64,000 nt of DNA from positions 19,716,001 through 19,780,000 of the forward strand of contig JBHGNT010000001.1 in the NCBI GenBank assembly GCA_043228905.1, written 5' to 3'. The notes beneath the pieces are model-generated. The model saw only the letters and a list, made by a program, of their open reading frames with translations. It made no database searches and was not told the DNA's origin. Position numbers and translations under genes: made by a program. The DNA is from Azolla caroliniana (taxonomy: Eukaryota; Plantae; Polypodiophyta). Positions 37,873-51,989 of this stretch are shown in pieces; within the stretch, counting starts at the first letter, position 1; every line of letters starts with the position of its first letter.

Positions 37873-40800
37873 TGAAAGAATATGTGGAATCACTTCGTTA
37901 GAATAACAACCACAGAAGAAATGGGCAATGAGGATAAATGCACATGTACACAGACAATATGAGAGAGGGTACACAATATGTTAATGTGGAAAACCCTGAG
38001 AGGGAAAAACCACGGGAGCCCACAGACTCCAAACTATCACTATGTCAAGGAATACAATAGGGAGCACATAGGCAACGACCTCTTGCTCTCAACCTTCGCC
38101 TGGCGGTGGTTACATTAGAGACACACACTCTATATTGCTCTCACTCTCTCTCTTACGCTTTGTACAGAAATTACACCAATAACTCTATACACAATAATGA
38201 CAAGAACTACTTTGATCATCATCCACACTGTTTGCCCTAGGTCATATTTATACTAATATGACATTAGGACTATTTACAGATATAGCCCCAATGGGCTCTC
38301 AAAAACATATCTCCATATATGTTGTCCCTTCATCTAGTGAGAGGTTCTCACGGTGCTTGCGTCATCCGGTTCTCACCGGGTCTTCCCTACTGGGTACTCA
38401 TCATCCGGTTCTCACTGGGCCTTCATCATCATCCCATCCGGAGGGACCGAAATCCTAACAAATTCCCCCTTCACTCTAGCATGGGATGCCTCGTCAATCC
38501 GATCCACTTCTAGCATGCGTCCAACTTGTCGGGTGTTAGCACTTTGATCAGCATATCTGACCCGTTCTCCTCTGTGTGGATCTTCGTCAGCACGAACTCT
38601 TGATCTTCAACTCGCTCCCGGATCTAGTGCTACCTCCGCTGGATGTGCTTCGTCTTGGAATGGTAGGCAACGTTCTTTGCAAGGTGGATGGCACTTTGAC
38701 TGTCGCAATAGAGCCGGTATTCCTCTTGCCGGATCCCTAGCTCTTCGATGAAGTCCTTCATCCATAGTATTTCCTTGCCGGCTTCCACAACCGCCATGTA
38801 CTCCGCCTCCGTGGTTGACAACGCAACCATCTTTTGCAGCCTCGACTGCCATGAAATAGCTCCCCCTGCATATGTCATGACATATCCGGATGTTGACCGG
38901 CTTGTATCCACATCAGCTGACATATCCGAATTTGTGAAACCGTCAAGTTGGGGTTTACTGGAGCCAAATCGGAGACACATACTTGAGGTGCCTTTCAAGT
39001 ATCGGAGTATCCATTTTACTGCGTTCCAGTGGTCCTTGTTGGGATTGCTCATAAACCGGCTCACCACTCCGACTGCGTATCCGATATTCGGTCGGGTACA
39101 CACCATTGTGTACATTAGGCTCCCGACGGCAGAGGCATATGGTATCTTTATCATATCCGCCTTCTCTACCTTCTTCTTTGGGCTTTGCTTACCGGATAAC
39201 CTGCAGTTTGCCGGGAGTGTCGATCCGACTGGTTTAGCATCTGACATATTGAACCGCTGAAGCACCTTTGTCACATACTTCTCCTGTGACAACCACAATT
39301 ACTTCTTTGACCGGTCCCGGATGATATGCATCCCCAGTATCTGTCTTGCCAGACCCAAGTCTTTCATTGAGAAAGTTCGGTTGACTAAACCCTAAACCCT
39401 TCTTCAGCATCCGTATCTTGACTTGGTCTCGTCCGACGATCAACATGTGTCCACGTACAAGAGGAGTATTAGGAAGTCTCCACCTTCGAACTTCTTCACA
39501 AATACGTAGTGATCGGCCTATGTCTTGTGGTACCCTTGATCAGTCATGAAGGAGTCGAACTTCCGGTACCATTTTCGGGGAGCCTGCTTCAAACTGTAGA
39601 GGCTCTTCTTCAACTGGCATACCAGGTGCTCCTTCCCTTTCTTCACAAATCCCTCTGGTTGCTGCATGCAGATTTGCTGTTCGAGGTCGCCGTGGAGGAA
39701 CGCCGTCTTCATGTCTAACTACTCTACCTCAAGGTCCATGCTTGCCGCTATGCTTAGCACCGTCCGGATGGAAGTCATCTTTACTACCGGGGCAAATATC
39801 TCGTCGAAGTCCACACCCTTCTTCTGTTGGAACCCCTTTACCATGATCCTGGCTTTGTACCTTGGGGGGTTGCCGGCATCTCCCGGTTTCAACTTGTACA
39901 CCCACTTATTTCAGAGTGCCCTCTTTCCTTTCGGCAGCTCCACCAATTCATACGTGTGGTTCTCATGCAGGGAATCCATCTCGTCCTGCATGTCACTCAA
40001 CCACTTGCGGCTATGGGTGTAATCCTTCGCTTCTTCGAAGCTTTCCGGCTCCCCTTCATCGGTTAGCAACACACGCTCTTCATCCGGAAATCTTTGGGGG
40101 GCCCTTCTCTCTCTGAAAGGATATCTCTGTCTTTGGCTTTTGGTAACCGGCTCCTCTATTTGTTTTTCATCCGAATCCGATTCGGGGTCTTCGCCGGTTC
40201 AGGTTTCAGCTTCCTCTTCCTCTTCTTCTTCTACCAGTTCGGTATCTCACCATAACCGGCCGGTTCCTCAAGTGGCAACCGGCTCTTAGCCAGGTAGGTT
40301 CGAATCTCATCAAACCGATCCTTACCGGTCGACTCGGAGTTCATTATCTTCTTCTCTGACTCCAGTTGGCAAGGGTCTTGTCTTCCATGAAGATAATATC
40401 TCGACTCCGGAAAATCTTCTTGTCGACCGCATCCCACACTCGGTAGCCGAACTCATCATCGCCGTATCCGAGGAATATGCAAAGCCAGGACTTTGGATCC
40501 AACTTTGCTCTTTGGTCCTTTGCGATATGCACGTAAGCGAGACACCCGAACACCTTTAGATGATGGTAAGACACTTCCTTACTGGTGCACACTCTCTGCG
40601 GTGTGTCTCCGTCCAAGGGCACTGAGGGTGATCTGTTTATCACGTACGTCGCTGTCGCCAGCACCTTAGCCCAAAACGTCTTGGGTAACTTGGCATGTGC
40701 CAGCATACTCCGAACCGTCTCCATTATGGTCTGGTTCATCCTCTCGGCCAATCCGTTTAGTTCTGGCGTCTTCGGCACAGTAAATTCGAGCCGGATTCCC

Positions 40801-43143
40801 TTCAAGCGGCAGTACTCCTTGAGCTGCCCCCGGTATTCTCCTCCGTTATCTGCTCGAACCGCCTTCAGCTTCCAGCCGGTTTCTCTTTCCACTCTTGCGT
40901 GGAGCTCCTTGAAGAAGGATAACACCTGATCCTTCGTCTTCAGCGGTGTGGCCCACAGCTTCCGGTCGTGGTCATCTATGAACTTCACGAAGTACTGTGA
41001 TCCGGTATGTGACTTTGTGTCCACTTGACACACATCAGTATGCACCAACTCTAGTGGTGCATTACGTCTCATCGGTGGCCTTGATCGGAAGGAGGTCCGG
41101 TTTTGCTTATCGGCCAGGTAGTCGGTGCACTTCTCAAGATGCACGTCCTTTATCGGAATGAGGTTGTCATCGGCAAGCCTCCTCATTCCCTTCTCGCTCA
41201 TGTGACACAGTCTCTTATGCCACAGCTCACCGGCAGTGTCGGATGCAACATTAACTTCTTCCGGGCATAACTGGGCATTCATCAGGTACAGTGTGTTGAC
41301 CTTCTGGGCTTGAGCCACTATCAGGCTCCCTTTGCTACTAGTGTAGCCTTCATCATCTAGCCGACCGACTGATATCAGGTTCAGTCGAACCTCTGGAACG
41401 TGTGGAACATCCTTCAACAACAACTTGCATCCGGTTGGTGTTGTCAACCACATGTCTCCTATGCCGACAATTCGGCATGTACTTTCATTCCCTGTCCGGA
41501 CACAACCGTGCTCACTGGTTGTGTAGGATTAGAAGCATTTCCGGTCCGGGGTCAGGTGGAACGACGCTCCGGAATCGACAACCCACGTTCTCTCGTCGCC
41601 AGCAAGGTTCAACTCACTCTCCTAGGTGATGAGCATCAACTCTTCTTCACTTGCCGCGATTGCCGTTGTTCCCTTCCGGTCCGGTCCTCTCCGGTCTTTA
41701 CTGTTCCAGTCCGGTGACCGCTTTGAATCGGTAATGTTGGTCTCCTTGTCTTTTCGGAAATGCCGACAGTTCTTTTGGAAGTGCCCCAGCTTCCCACAGT
41801 AGAAGCAAATGGGCCTTCCCCTTGACTTTGATCGTGTCCTCGAGTTTTCCCGGTTCTGGGGACTCCGGTTTCTTTGTCTTCCGCATTCCGATTCGGTAAG
41901 GAGAGCTTTGGAGTTGGAGCTCGTATCCTTGTCTTTTCGACGTGCCTCCTCATCTAGCAAGCTCGACTTGACTCTTGCTAGGGATAACTGTTTTCCTTCC
42001 GGCCCGGTGTTGCCCAAAGTGACAACTAACTTCTCCCAGCTATCTGGGAGGGAACTGAGTAGGAGCAATTGTAGTACCTTATCGGCAAGAGGTAATTCCA
42101 ACGATGTTGCCTAGTGAATCAGCCCCCGGAAGGCATTCATGTGCTCCGCCATGTTGGAGCCATCTTGGTATCGGAACCTCACTAGCTTCTGAAATACCGA
42201 AACCCGATTTACAACATTTTTGTTTTGAAACATAATGCCGATCTTCTCCCAGAGCTCATGAGCCTTGCTCTCTTCATTGAAGTTGCTGTACAGGCTCATG
42301 TCGATGAAGCACCGTATGTATGCCGTTTTCTTCATGTGCATCACCTCCCATGTCGTGGCATCGATCTTGTCCAGTTTCTTGTCCCCGAATTGAACCGACA
42401 ACCAAAGATCTTTAACCACGAGCATGTCCCTCATCTTCGACTTCCACACTAAGTAGTTGGAGTTGGTGAGCTTGAACATGCCTCCCAACAAATCTTCCAT
42501 TTTCTGTGTCCTTTCGCTCTGATACCAGTTTGAAAGAATACGCGGAATAATGCTCAGCCACAACCGAGACTTCAATCACTTCGTTAGAATCACAACCACA
42601 TAAGAAATGGAGAATGAGGATAAATGCACATGTACACAGACAATATGAGAGAGGGTACACAATATGTTAATGTGGAAAACCCTGAGAGGGAAAAACCACG
42701 GGAGCCCACAGACTCCAAACTATCACTATGTCAAGGAATACAATAGGGAGCACATAGGCAACGACCTCTTGCTCTCAACCTTCGCATGGCGGCGGTTACA
42801 TTAGAGACACACACTTTGTATTGCTCTGACTCTCTCTCTTACACTCTGTACAGAAATTACACCAATAACTCTATACACAATAATGACAAGAACTACTCTG
42901 ATCATCATCCACACTGTTTTCCCTAGGTCATATTTATACTAATATGACATTAGGACTATTTACAGATATAGCCCCAATGGGCTCTCAAAAACATATGTCC
43001 ATATATGTCCCTTCATCCGGTGAGAGGTTCTCACCGGGCCTATGTCATCCGGTTCTCACCGGGTCTTCCTTACCAGGTACTCATCATCCAGTTCTCACCA
43101 GGCCTTCATCATCATCCCATCCGGAGGAACCGAAATCCTAACA
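37873..43143 (-). mobile_element. Full-length Copia G (Tork-like, degenerate) inserted in the LTR of E
   Basis: LTRs 37873-38460 (with a short deletion) and 42531-43143; TSD TAGAC; iMet PBS 42516-42527; PPT 38461-38472; gag, PR, IN, RT and RH (ALSTTEAEY, YCDSQSAI). Confidence 0.96.
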
Positions 43144-43224
43144 TAGACGTGTATGTTAACACATGAATGTGCACGTGTAATGTGTGTTTAGGTGTTCATT
43201 ACACAAATATATAAAATAAGCCTA

Positions 43225-43303
43225 ACGCATACAATGAGGTGCAAGTAAGGGTTTGAGCCTTACACCTCTAAGATAGGAGGCAATTGACATACCATTAGAC
43301 TAG
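43225..43303 (-). mobile_element. Putative tRNA-derived SINE head
   Basis: Minus strand TAGTCTAATGGTA...GGCTCAAACCC, resembling A and B boxes. Confidence 0.35.
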
Positions 43304-43774
43304 GTTATTTCCTTTAAAATTTGTTTTCTTCATTGTACTTTTCACACGAACCGCTGGTACATGAGAACTTGGATGAGGTACATGGTCATCATGCATTGTA
43401 TGTGATGCATGAGCGCCAAATGCCAATCATGCATTGTATGCATGTACTACACCCTCACATGCACATATGCATGGGGGCATCTATATAAGAAGGAAAGGAA
43501 ATTAGGCAATGTATGCAATCAATAAAAATTAATAAATCTTAGTTATCTCATTGGGTATGTGTCTTGTATCTCAATTTTGAAGTCGAAAGTTCAAACTGGG
43601 AATTTGTCTCGTCCGTATCAATCTATCAATATATCTTTAATACTTCTCGCATGCCCTAGTCCTTCCGTTGTTCCATTGTCTTGAACGATCCTTTCAAATC
43701 CTCCATCACCACTTGCGGATCGAGGCCAGTGCTTGTCTGTGCACGTGTAACACGCACATCTGGACGTTTGGCAC

Positions 43775-44149
43775 ATGCGTCACGTGCTTCACTGTTGCAT
43801 GTGCATTGAAGATATATTGAAGCTTTTTAGAAATACAGTTGCATTGGAGAAGGACGAGGACCAAGTTATATTTATTAATATGCGGATTAAGGCTTTGTGG
43901 GAGTGCCCAGACCAGGATGAGGAGGTCGGTGCAAAGAACCTCGCCAATACAGAAAGGTTTCAACCTGCTTCGCGAGAGCCTATTCCTCCGTTAGCCGGCG
44001 AACCGGGGGAGCTAATAGAGCTTGATGATGAGCTTATAGAAGATATTTCGTTGGCTCGGCTAACAGGGGAAACCAATGCACGTATAGCCGAAGACAGTTC
44101 TACACAAGATGATGAAGAAAATGGCGTTGATGAATTGATTGTTATGTAA
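43775..44149 (+). mobile_element. Possible hAT transposase C-terminal remnant
   Basis: RNTVALEKDEDQVIFINMR followed by an acidic tail resembles the end of a hAT dimerisation domain. No TIRs found. Confidence 0.3.
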
Positions 44150-44570
44150 TAGACTCTCTGAAGAATATGACACTGACGATTTGTTAAGATTTCACATTAT
44201 TAATACAAATTTTGGGTTTTACCTAGTGGATTCTATTCTTTATAATCTTCTATATGTTTCAATTTTATTTTTATATACTTGATTAGTAGATTTATGACAT
44301 TGGTTTCACCACGTGCATAGCTGACTACCAAACTTATGGAGAAACATGAACTAGTTTAAATGGAGGCTGATTTTGGTCCAAGCTAACCTTAACAGAACAT
44401 GGCCCTATAATTGTTGCCATGACTGTCCATGTTGTTATTATGGATCTTTGTCTTCTATTGTTAAAACTATTATGTTTCTATTCCATTGCTGCTTAGATTG
44501 TGTAGTGTGTTGATAATGGTTCTAGTTGCGTTATCGTTCGGAGTTTGATCTTGTGTGAATCACCTAAGCA

Positions 44571-44818
44571 ATAGAGTAGATCAATTTTAAATACAGGTAT
44601 GAAAGCCTAATAGGTTTGTTATTTCCACGACATTATCCTAAAGTTCATTGCCTTACATTGTCCCCAATTATAAACATATGGTTTGATCCCATATGAACAA
44701 ACTGAGGAATAGATCAGATCAACTTTAAATACAAGTATTGAATACTTTAATAAGTTAGTTATTCCAATCACTTATCCTAATGTGCACTATCCTACATTTT
44801 CCACAATTACATACATGC
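44571..44818. repeat. Diverged tandem duplication, ~138-bp period
   Basis: AGATCAA(T/C)TTTAAATACA...TTATCCTAA...TACATT..CAATTA occurs twice. Confidence 0.7.
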
Positions 44819-45233
44819 ACGTATGGGTCAAAGTATAAATTATATCTCATTTGATTAGTATGGATACAAGTACACCTGATATTTTTGTAAAACTTACCTA
44901 ATTAATATAAGTCTTTAAGTTAGTGTTTCCCTTGTCGCACAGTAGTGACATATTGAGCCATAGTTGAACTTTATTATGCCTACATTAACTTATCAACATG
45001 TCTAAACTTGCATGATTTCTAATGATCTCCACTCGTAGATCTATCATGTATTTTTATATTTGCAAATTCTCATCAAGTTGAGGAACATGTGATACTAGTG
45101 CATCCAATTTTTGTAGAGAGGGTGTATTTGCTTTGTTTTAAGAAGATTCTACAAGTGGAATGCGCAATCCTTCCACTTGTGAACGCGAACGTGATCACAA
45201 TATCTTTGTGGTGTTGTAAAATTTTTCTCAATA

Positions 45234-45268
<35 letters not shown>

Positions 45269-45479
45269 CTCTCTCTCTCTCAGTCAACCCACACAAGCAT
45301 CTTCGACAACAAGAACGACCCGATTGAAAACCTTAACGACGGTCGATTCCTTACAAGCACAAATCACCTGATTCATCCTCCTTGGTCAAAGACCCCAGTG
45401 GTCCCGTTCGACCGACCCGTAGGCGCGGATTTCCACGACAATGCGTGATGACCGAGATCTACATGGGGCATGCCCCAAT

Positions 45480-48246
45480 TGTTAGGAATATGTCCCTCCA
45501 GTGGGAGGAGCAAACTGCTCGGGCCGAGTACCGATAGTTGAAGAGTCGACTGCGAGAAAGTCGATTGTGAGAGTCGACAGAAAGGATATCCAGGTCGAAG
45601 AAGCGACCAACCAGTCGGGCCAACCAGATGGTCAATGACTAGGTTGATTAGTTGGACCGGCGAGACAACAAACACTCTGGTCGATTGATGGCCACTTATT
45701 ATTATAGATAATAATAGTAGTGTTGTGTAGTAGTGGCTACATTTGTAAATAGCCCATACAAGGTATAAGTATAAATACACCTAGGGCAAGTAGTGTTAGT
45801 AATATTGGAGAGTGAGGCAGAACAATGGGTTATCCTCTGTTATAGACAACGATAGAGTAGAGTGAGAACGTGAAGAGAGATTGTGAGCGAGTGGCGCCAT
45901 AGCCGTGTTCTGTAAGAGCATACGCCAAGAGCCCTGCGTGGCTGATACACTCGGAGTGAGAGTGTTGTACTCTAATCCCGTCATTGTATATCCACTATAT
46001 ATATAGTGAAGTTCTGTTCTTCGTGGTTTTGTCCTGCTTTTATGGTTTCCACCTAAAATCTTTGCACATTTTCTTCTGTGTTTCGATTTGTGTATTCAAG
46101 TGCATTCCTTTCTTGTGGATTGTCAATTCGTTTCTGACCAACAAACTAGTATCAGAGCTTGAGGTGCAAGCATGGAAGGAGGTGTGAGCGGCTTCCCAGG
46201 AATAATAGTTCTAAACTTTCAGAACTATGCAAACTTGAAGATAAAGATGGAGGCCTTTCTCATAGTCAAAGACCTGTACAAGCCGATCGATAGAGCAAAA
46301 ATACCCACAGGGGTATTAGAGTCGGAATGGAAACTTGTTAACAGAAAGGCGGTGGACACCATCTGACCGTGCGTCGATGTAAGTGTCCTTCAGCATGTGG
46401 CGAACGACACAAATGCCCATGAGATGTGGTAGAAGTTGTCAAGTCTATATGAGAGGAAGAACTCCCTCAATAAAACCTCACCGATGAGAAAGATCGTACG
46501 ACTGAAATACAGAGATGGTGAGAGCATCGTTGAACACATGAGCACATTCATGGGGTATGTAAATCAACTTGTTGCAATTAAGTTTCCCCTCGATGATGCC
46601 ATGAAGGCCATCTTGCTGATGTGCACACTGCCGGATAGCTGGGAGAACCTGGCGGTTACTCTCAACACCTCTTGTCAAGAAGAGAACTTGTCTTTACAAG
46701 CGGTGAAGACAAGCATCCTGAATGAGGAAGCAAGAAGGAAGGACAAGGGTGTTCTAGTCCAGTCGGAATCAAATTGGACTCAACACATCGGCAGAGGGAG
46801 GAACTGGCAAAGAAGTCCACCAAGAAGAGAAAAGTCTCAAGCCAGGTCGAAGTCTAGAACTAAGCTCGTGTGTTTCTATTGTGGAAAACCTGGACACTTC
46901 CACAAGGAGTGCTGACACATGAGGAAGGACAAAAGTGTCGGTAATGGTGTCGAACCCCTGAAGATTCCTGATGAAAATGGCACTTCAGCCATTGCTACGA
47001 GCAATGAAGAACTACTGTTCATTTGTGAACAGACAAGTGCAAACCTTGCGAGCGAAGAATGCACTTGGGTGATTGACTCCGGTGCATCCTTCCAAATAAC
47101 TCCGTCGAGAGAGTATTTCTCGTCTTACATAGCCGGTGACGATGGTTATGTAAAGATGGGTAACAATGGGGAGAGCAAGGTAGCAGGAATTGAAAGTGTC
47201 TACCTGACGACGCCGACGGGGTGTTGGCTAACTCTGAAGGATGTTCGACACGTGCCCGATATCAGATTCAATCTGATATCGCTTGGAAGACTGGACGACA
47301 AAGGCTACAATGGTAGTTTTCAGAATGGCAAGTGGAAGTTTTGCCGAGGAAATCTTATAGTCCCGAGCACAGAAGGAAGGCACATTGTATATGATGCAAG
47401 CCCGACTGTGCAACTCGAAAGTGAATGTGACAGCCGACTCAACGAGATAGATATGGCATTAGAGGCTAGGTCACATGAGTGAGAAGGGATTGCATATGTT
47501 GCCTAACTAGAAGGGACTGCATTTGTTGCTCGACTAGAAGGGAGTGCACCTAGAGAAGTGTGTCGACTACTTAGTTGGAAAGCAGAACAGAGCAACATTC
47601 CACTTCAGACCACCAAGGAGAAGAGAAGGGCCATTGGAACTAGTACACACGGATGTGTGCTATGTAGATGCTCCGTCACACCGAGGTGAACAGTACTTTG
47701 TGACCTTTATCGATGACTACAGTCAGAAGTTGTGGGCTTTCGTATTAAAGTCAAAAGATCACGTATTGTCGTTCTTCAAGGAGTTCCAAGCAAGAGTGAA
47801 TGGAAGTTTGGTCGGAAGTTGAAGGCTGTCCGAACCAACAATGGTGGTGAATATAAAGGGCAGTTTGAGGAATACTGCAAAGCTCAAGGTATTTGAATTG
47901 AATACACCATACCAAAGACCCCTGAGTTGAATGGGCTTGTAGAGAGGATGAATCAAACAATCCTGTAGAGAGTAAGGAGCATGCTCTCTCATGCTAAATT
48001 GCCGAAATCCTATTGGGCTGAGGCGATGTATACAGATGTTTATCTCATCAATAGGTCTCCCTTAGTGCCATTGAAGGGTGATGTCCCACAGAGGGTGTGG
48101 ACAAGAAAGGAAGTCTCCTACCGACACTTGAGGGTGTTCGGATGCCTAGTGTACATGCATGTAGCTAAGGATCAGATGTCAAAGCTTGACAGTAAGTCGA
48201 AACCATGCATATTCATGGGATACTCGGAAGATGAGTTTGGCTATAG
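45480..48246 (+). mobile_element. 5' half of Copia H (Tork-like): LTR, gag, PR, IN
   Basis: LTR 45480-46143 (TGTT...AACA); PBS TAGTATCAGAGC 46147-46158; gag from 46172; VIDSGAS; FIDDYS. Cut after GYSEDEFGY by the next LTR. Confidence 0.9.
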
Positions 48247-48286
48247 TGTAATTTAAGCATACAGGGTAGATAACCCCATCACATTG

Positions 48287-48851
48287 TGATATGAATATGT
48301 GGTCGGCCACAACCGGTCAACACGTACAAAATGAGAGACACAAGAACCATGAAAACCAAGAAACATCAAACAAGAACGAAGTACAGAGACACTGGTATTT
48401 TAACATGGAAAACCCTAAATGGGAAAGCCCACGACAGTATGCAAACTCCAAACTAGATCACTATAGTGGGAAGGAATACAACAGGAGACACTAAGGCAAC
48501 AATCTTGAGCTCCTTTTCATCTGATGATGGTTACACAAACACTGTTTCCCTCTCTCAAGTACAGTAGTTACAACAATTGCATCATACACATAAGGATTTG
48601 CCCTAGATGTATTTATGCTAATACATACTATGGGCTATTTACATACATGGCCTGTCTTAGGCGTACCAAAACATATTTACAAATATGTCCTCTTCCGGAT
48701 ACATCTCCCGATCGGACCTCAGATCCGGATCCAACCGATCCAGCCCATGTTGATCTTCATCTAGCTCCGACACTCTTCCCATCCGGTTCATGTTCTTCGG
48801 ACTCCAATCCAGCTCATGCTCTTCCCATCTAGGGGGACATGTTTCCTAACA
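48287..48851 (-). mobile_element. Solo LTR related to the F/G LTRs
   Basis: TG...CA ends with TSD CATTG; shares CGGCCACAACC, TGGAAAACCC and TGGGCTATTTACA with the F LTR. Confidence 0.88.
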
Positions 48852-49010
48852 CATTGTATGTAAACTAGAGTAGTCTTTTTACATGGGAGTTTGTTGGGAT
48901 AAAAGTCCCACTCTGCCCATGTTGTATCTCTAGTGTGAACACTCAGTTAACCTAACTATAAAAGTAGGTAACTAAACATTGTAATGACAATAGCAGGTAA
49001 TTGAAAGTTG

Positions 49011-49046
<36 letters not shown>

Positions 49047-49048
<2 letters not shown>

Positions 49049-51102
49049 CAAAGCCTTTGACACAGTTCCTAGGGAGAAGTTGTTTGATAGACTTAAGAGC
49101 TTGGAGATACCAAATGACATGATCTGGGCCATTTATGCCCTATATGAGCAAGTCTCTAGGTGCGTAAGATGCCTAGGTGGCCTATCCGATTGTTTCACTA
49201 GCACCATTGGTGTAAAACAGGGTTGCCCCCTATCACCGATTCTTTTTGGTATCTACATTGATGAGATCACCGATTTTATTGCTCGTAAGGGAGGCAAGGG
49301 AGTAGCTATTGGGGATACGCAAGTTAGTTTCTTACTCTACGCAGACGACATTGTCTTGCTCATGGAGTTGAAACACGACCTGCAAAAGCCTCTTAATGCC
49401 CTACATGACTCTTGTACACAAGGAGGACTGGTAGTGAATCCAACGAAAACTAAAGTCCTTATCTTTCATACATAGTCTCTCATAATCCTCTCTCATAAAC
49501 TAGTTGAGGTAGTTGGATCATATGTATACCCGGGAGTCACTTTTCGTGCTCACTCAGGTAAATTCTCGATGACCCATGAAGCCAAAGATAGGCTAACGAG
49601 AGGATATGTATCCCTCTCACTCTCAGAGAGACAATGCCACCAGGCATACTTTCAAGATCCACAGACTAAGGGATGGCTCTTCAACTCATTATTGACCCCT
49701 TCCCTCTGGTATGCATCAATAGTATGGGCTCCAGGTCTACCATCTTTCATGTGGACGCAATTAGAGAAACCTTTGGTGATGATGTTATCACGTCAACTCC
49801 AATGCAAATCGACAATACCACATGACATTATTAGAGCAGAGTTCAGTCTGCCCCCGATGTTAGTAGAAGCACTGTTTCAAGTGGTAGTTTTTATTCATCG
49901 GATACATAGCCAATCAAGATAGGATATCCTGTCAAGCCTTTGAGGCATCTCGATCCCTACATGCGTCTGGAGACACTAGCTCTTGGTATAACACTGTGGT
50001 GAGTTGTTTACTTGCAAACGGCATAGACATTAATAACCTACCCCCCCCCCCCCCCCCCCCCCCTAGGTACAACCATGGGACAGACCAAACTCTAATATCT
50101 CATGAAGACCATAATAAAGTGATACGCCAAGAAATATGGCAAATTTACACTCGATATAAATGGATCACCCCACGAGAGCCACTCCCATCTAAAATGTTGT
50201 ACTATAAGGAACACTTCTTGCACTTCTCTCAGTTAGGTTTTATTATACGACCAAGATATCTAGATACATTCTTATCAAATGCACTAAGGGTGGCCATTGG
50301 ACAACTTAGGATATCATCTCACCAACGTGAGATTGAGAATGGTTAGGCTAATAGAGTCCCTAGGGAGGAAAGGCTATGTAGGTTGTGCCACATAGAGATA
50401 GAGGATGAGTATCACTTCCCATGCAAGTGCCCAACTTATGCCTAGATACGAGTGGAATACCAAGACATATTAGGATCCTCTCCCACCCTCTCCAAACTAT
50501 TAGATACCCCAGATGTAAAGAGACTAGATAGGTATATCTTAGAGCTAAAAAAACATAGGGAGAATAAATTACAAAGTGTTAACCATAACCCTTTTACTAT
50601 TCATCAACTTGTAACTAGTGTAATTTTTCAGGAACAAGGGGAGACGATGAGGGTGGATACACTTACGCCGCTCGGCCTCTCTCTTGAGGAAGCCGAAACA
50701 CAAAGAACAACCAAATGCCCTCGGATGTTGGGCTTCAAAACAAGTCGACACGGAGTAGAAAGGATTAAGAAGATAAGGGAACGTGAGCTACGTCGACTAG
50801 AAGCTATGGTTGGGGTGCATTTTACATTGGGGCCACGGGCCACATCCACATTGAAACCCTTTGACCTCCCGCTTCTCTTCGAGAGACTTGGATGGAAAGG
50901 AAATTAGGCCTAGTATAACATCATTTTCATTGTAGAACATGTTTGTTATTTTATTTTACTAGAATATTTAGCTTAAAACTCAATTTTATTTTTACTTTTT
51001 ATTTTCGATGAATGGGTAAATATCCCATTTTTTGTTGTAAACCATTTGTCTGATGGGCCAATTTTGGCCTTAGAAGACGTTAATATATCTTTCTTTCTCT
51101 CT
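49047..51102 (+). mobile_element. 5'-truncated LINE (RTEX-like) in a (CT)n tract
   Basis: RT KAFD, GVKQGCPLSP, LLYADD; C-terminal LRISSH..IENG..RLCRLC..EDEYHF..CP knuckle; 3' UTR ending in TC-rich sequence. Confidence 0.85.
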
Positions 51103-51989
51103 ACTTGTCTTATGTATACTTGCACACACACAATTCATCTCCGCTACACAACATCACTTACGCCTCTCATTTCTTTACATGGTATCAGAGCGTGTGGTTT
51201 TCTGATCTAGCTTATTCAACTGTGTTGTGCTACACACCGACGATAAATAGAACCGGTTCAACAACAGAGAAGAAATCGACATCATGAATACTCAGATGGG
51301 AAGAGTCTTTCCTACGGAGAAGATCGATGGGACAAACTTTGCATCTAGGGAAGACAAGATATATCAATACCTTGCTGGACAAGGTTATTGGAGCTATATT
51401 GAGGGAGCTCACAAAATGCAACCCAACCCAACACATGCCAACTATCCAGTCTGGGAACAAGCCGCAAGTCGTGTGTTGAATTGCCTTGCATCATACATTC
51501 ATGATCACATGCTTGACTATATTAGAGAGGCAAAAACACCAAAAGAAGCTTGGGGTAATCTCAAGAAGATTTTCGCAACCAACACGGCTGCACAAAAGCT
51601 CCAACTCTAATAGGAGTTAAACAATATACAACAGAGGGATATGTCGATCACTAGCTATACTACCCTCAGGTAGATCAATGTCATCATCAATGATGATGAA
51701 ATGGTGCAAATATGCCTCAACGGATTAGCACCATGATTTAGGACAATCAGATCGACTATCCTAACAAGGGAGAATTCCCCCTCCTTTTTCGACCTACAAT
51801 CAATTCTATTGGAGGAAGAAAACCACGTTTGACAAAGGAGCAATGCACCTGATGGTCAGATGCTCTACTCCCAGTCGGATGATACAAGTGGATTCAGTCA
51901 AGGAAACAGACATTTACATAGGAATCTAATGATGCATCATGAAGCAAATGTGTTGCATCCTGTAAAGATTACGTGCATAAACCACAAAT

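Larger units (their letters stand above)
24650..43190 (+). mobile_element. Gypsy E pol (RT-RH-IN) and start of 3' LTR; host of nested elements F, J/I and G
   Basis: RT YSNRWFTVPKKNG, DLYSGYDQ, PQGATN, PFLDD; RH; IN H..GH..CESC, YNPEANG. The reading continues at 31809 after F. PPT ~37756-37774; LTR starts at 37775; right limit approximate. Confidence 0.85.
48247..51920 (+). mobile_element. Copia C: 5' LTR 48247-51179 (split by a solo LTR and a LINE) and degraded gag
   Basis: TGTAA...TTACA once both insertions are removed; TATA near 48957; perfect iMet PBS 51180-51191; gag FPTEKIDGTNFAS..GYWSYIEG related to element B. Confidence 0.8.
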
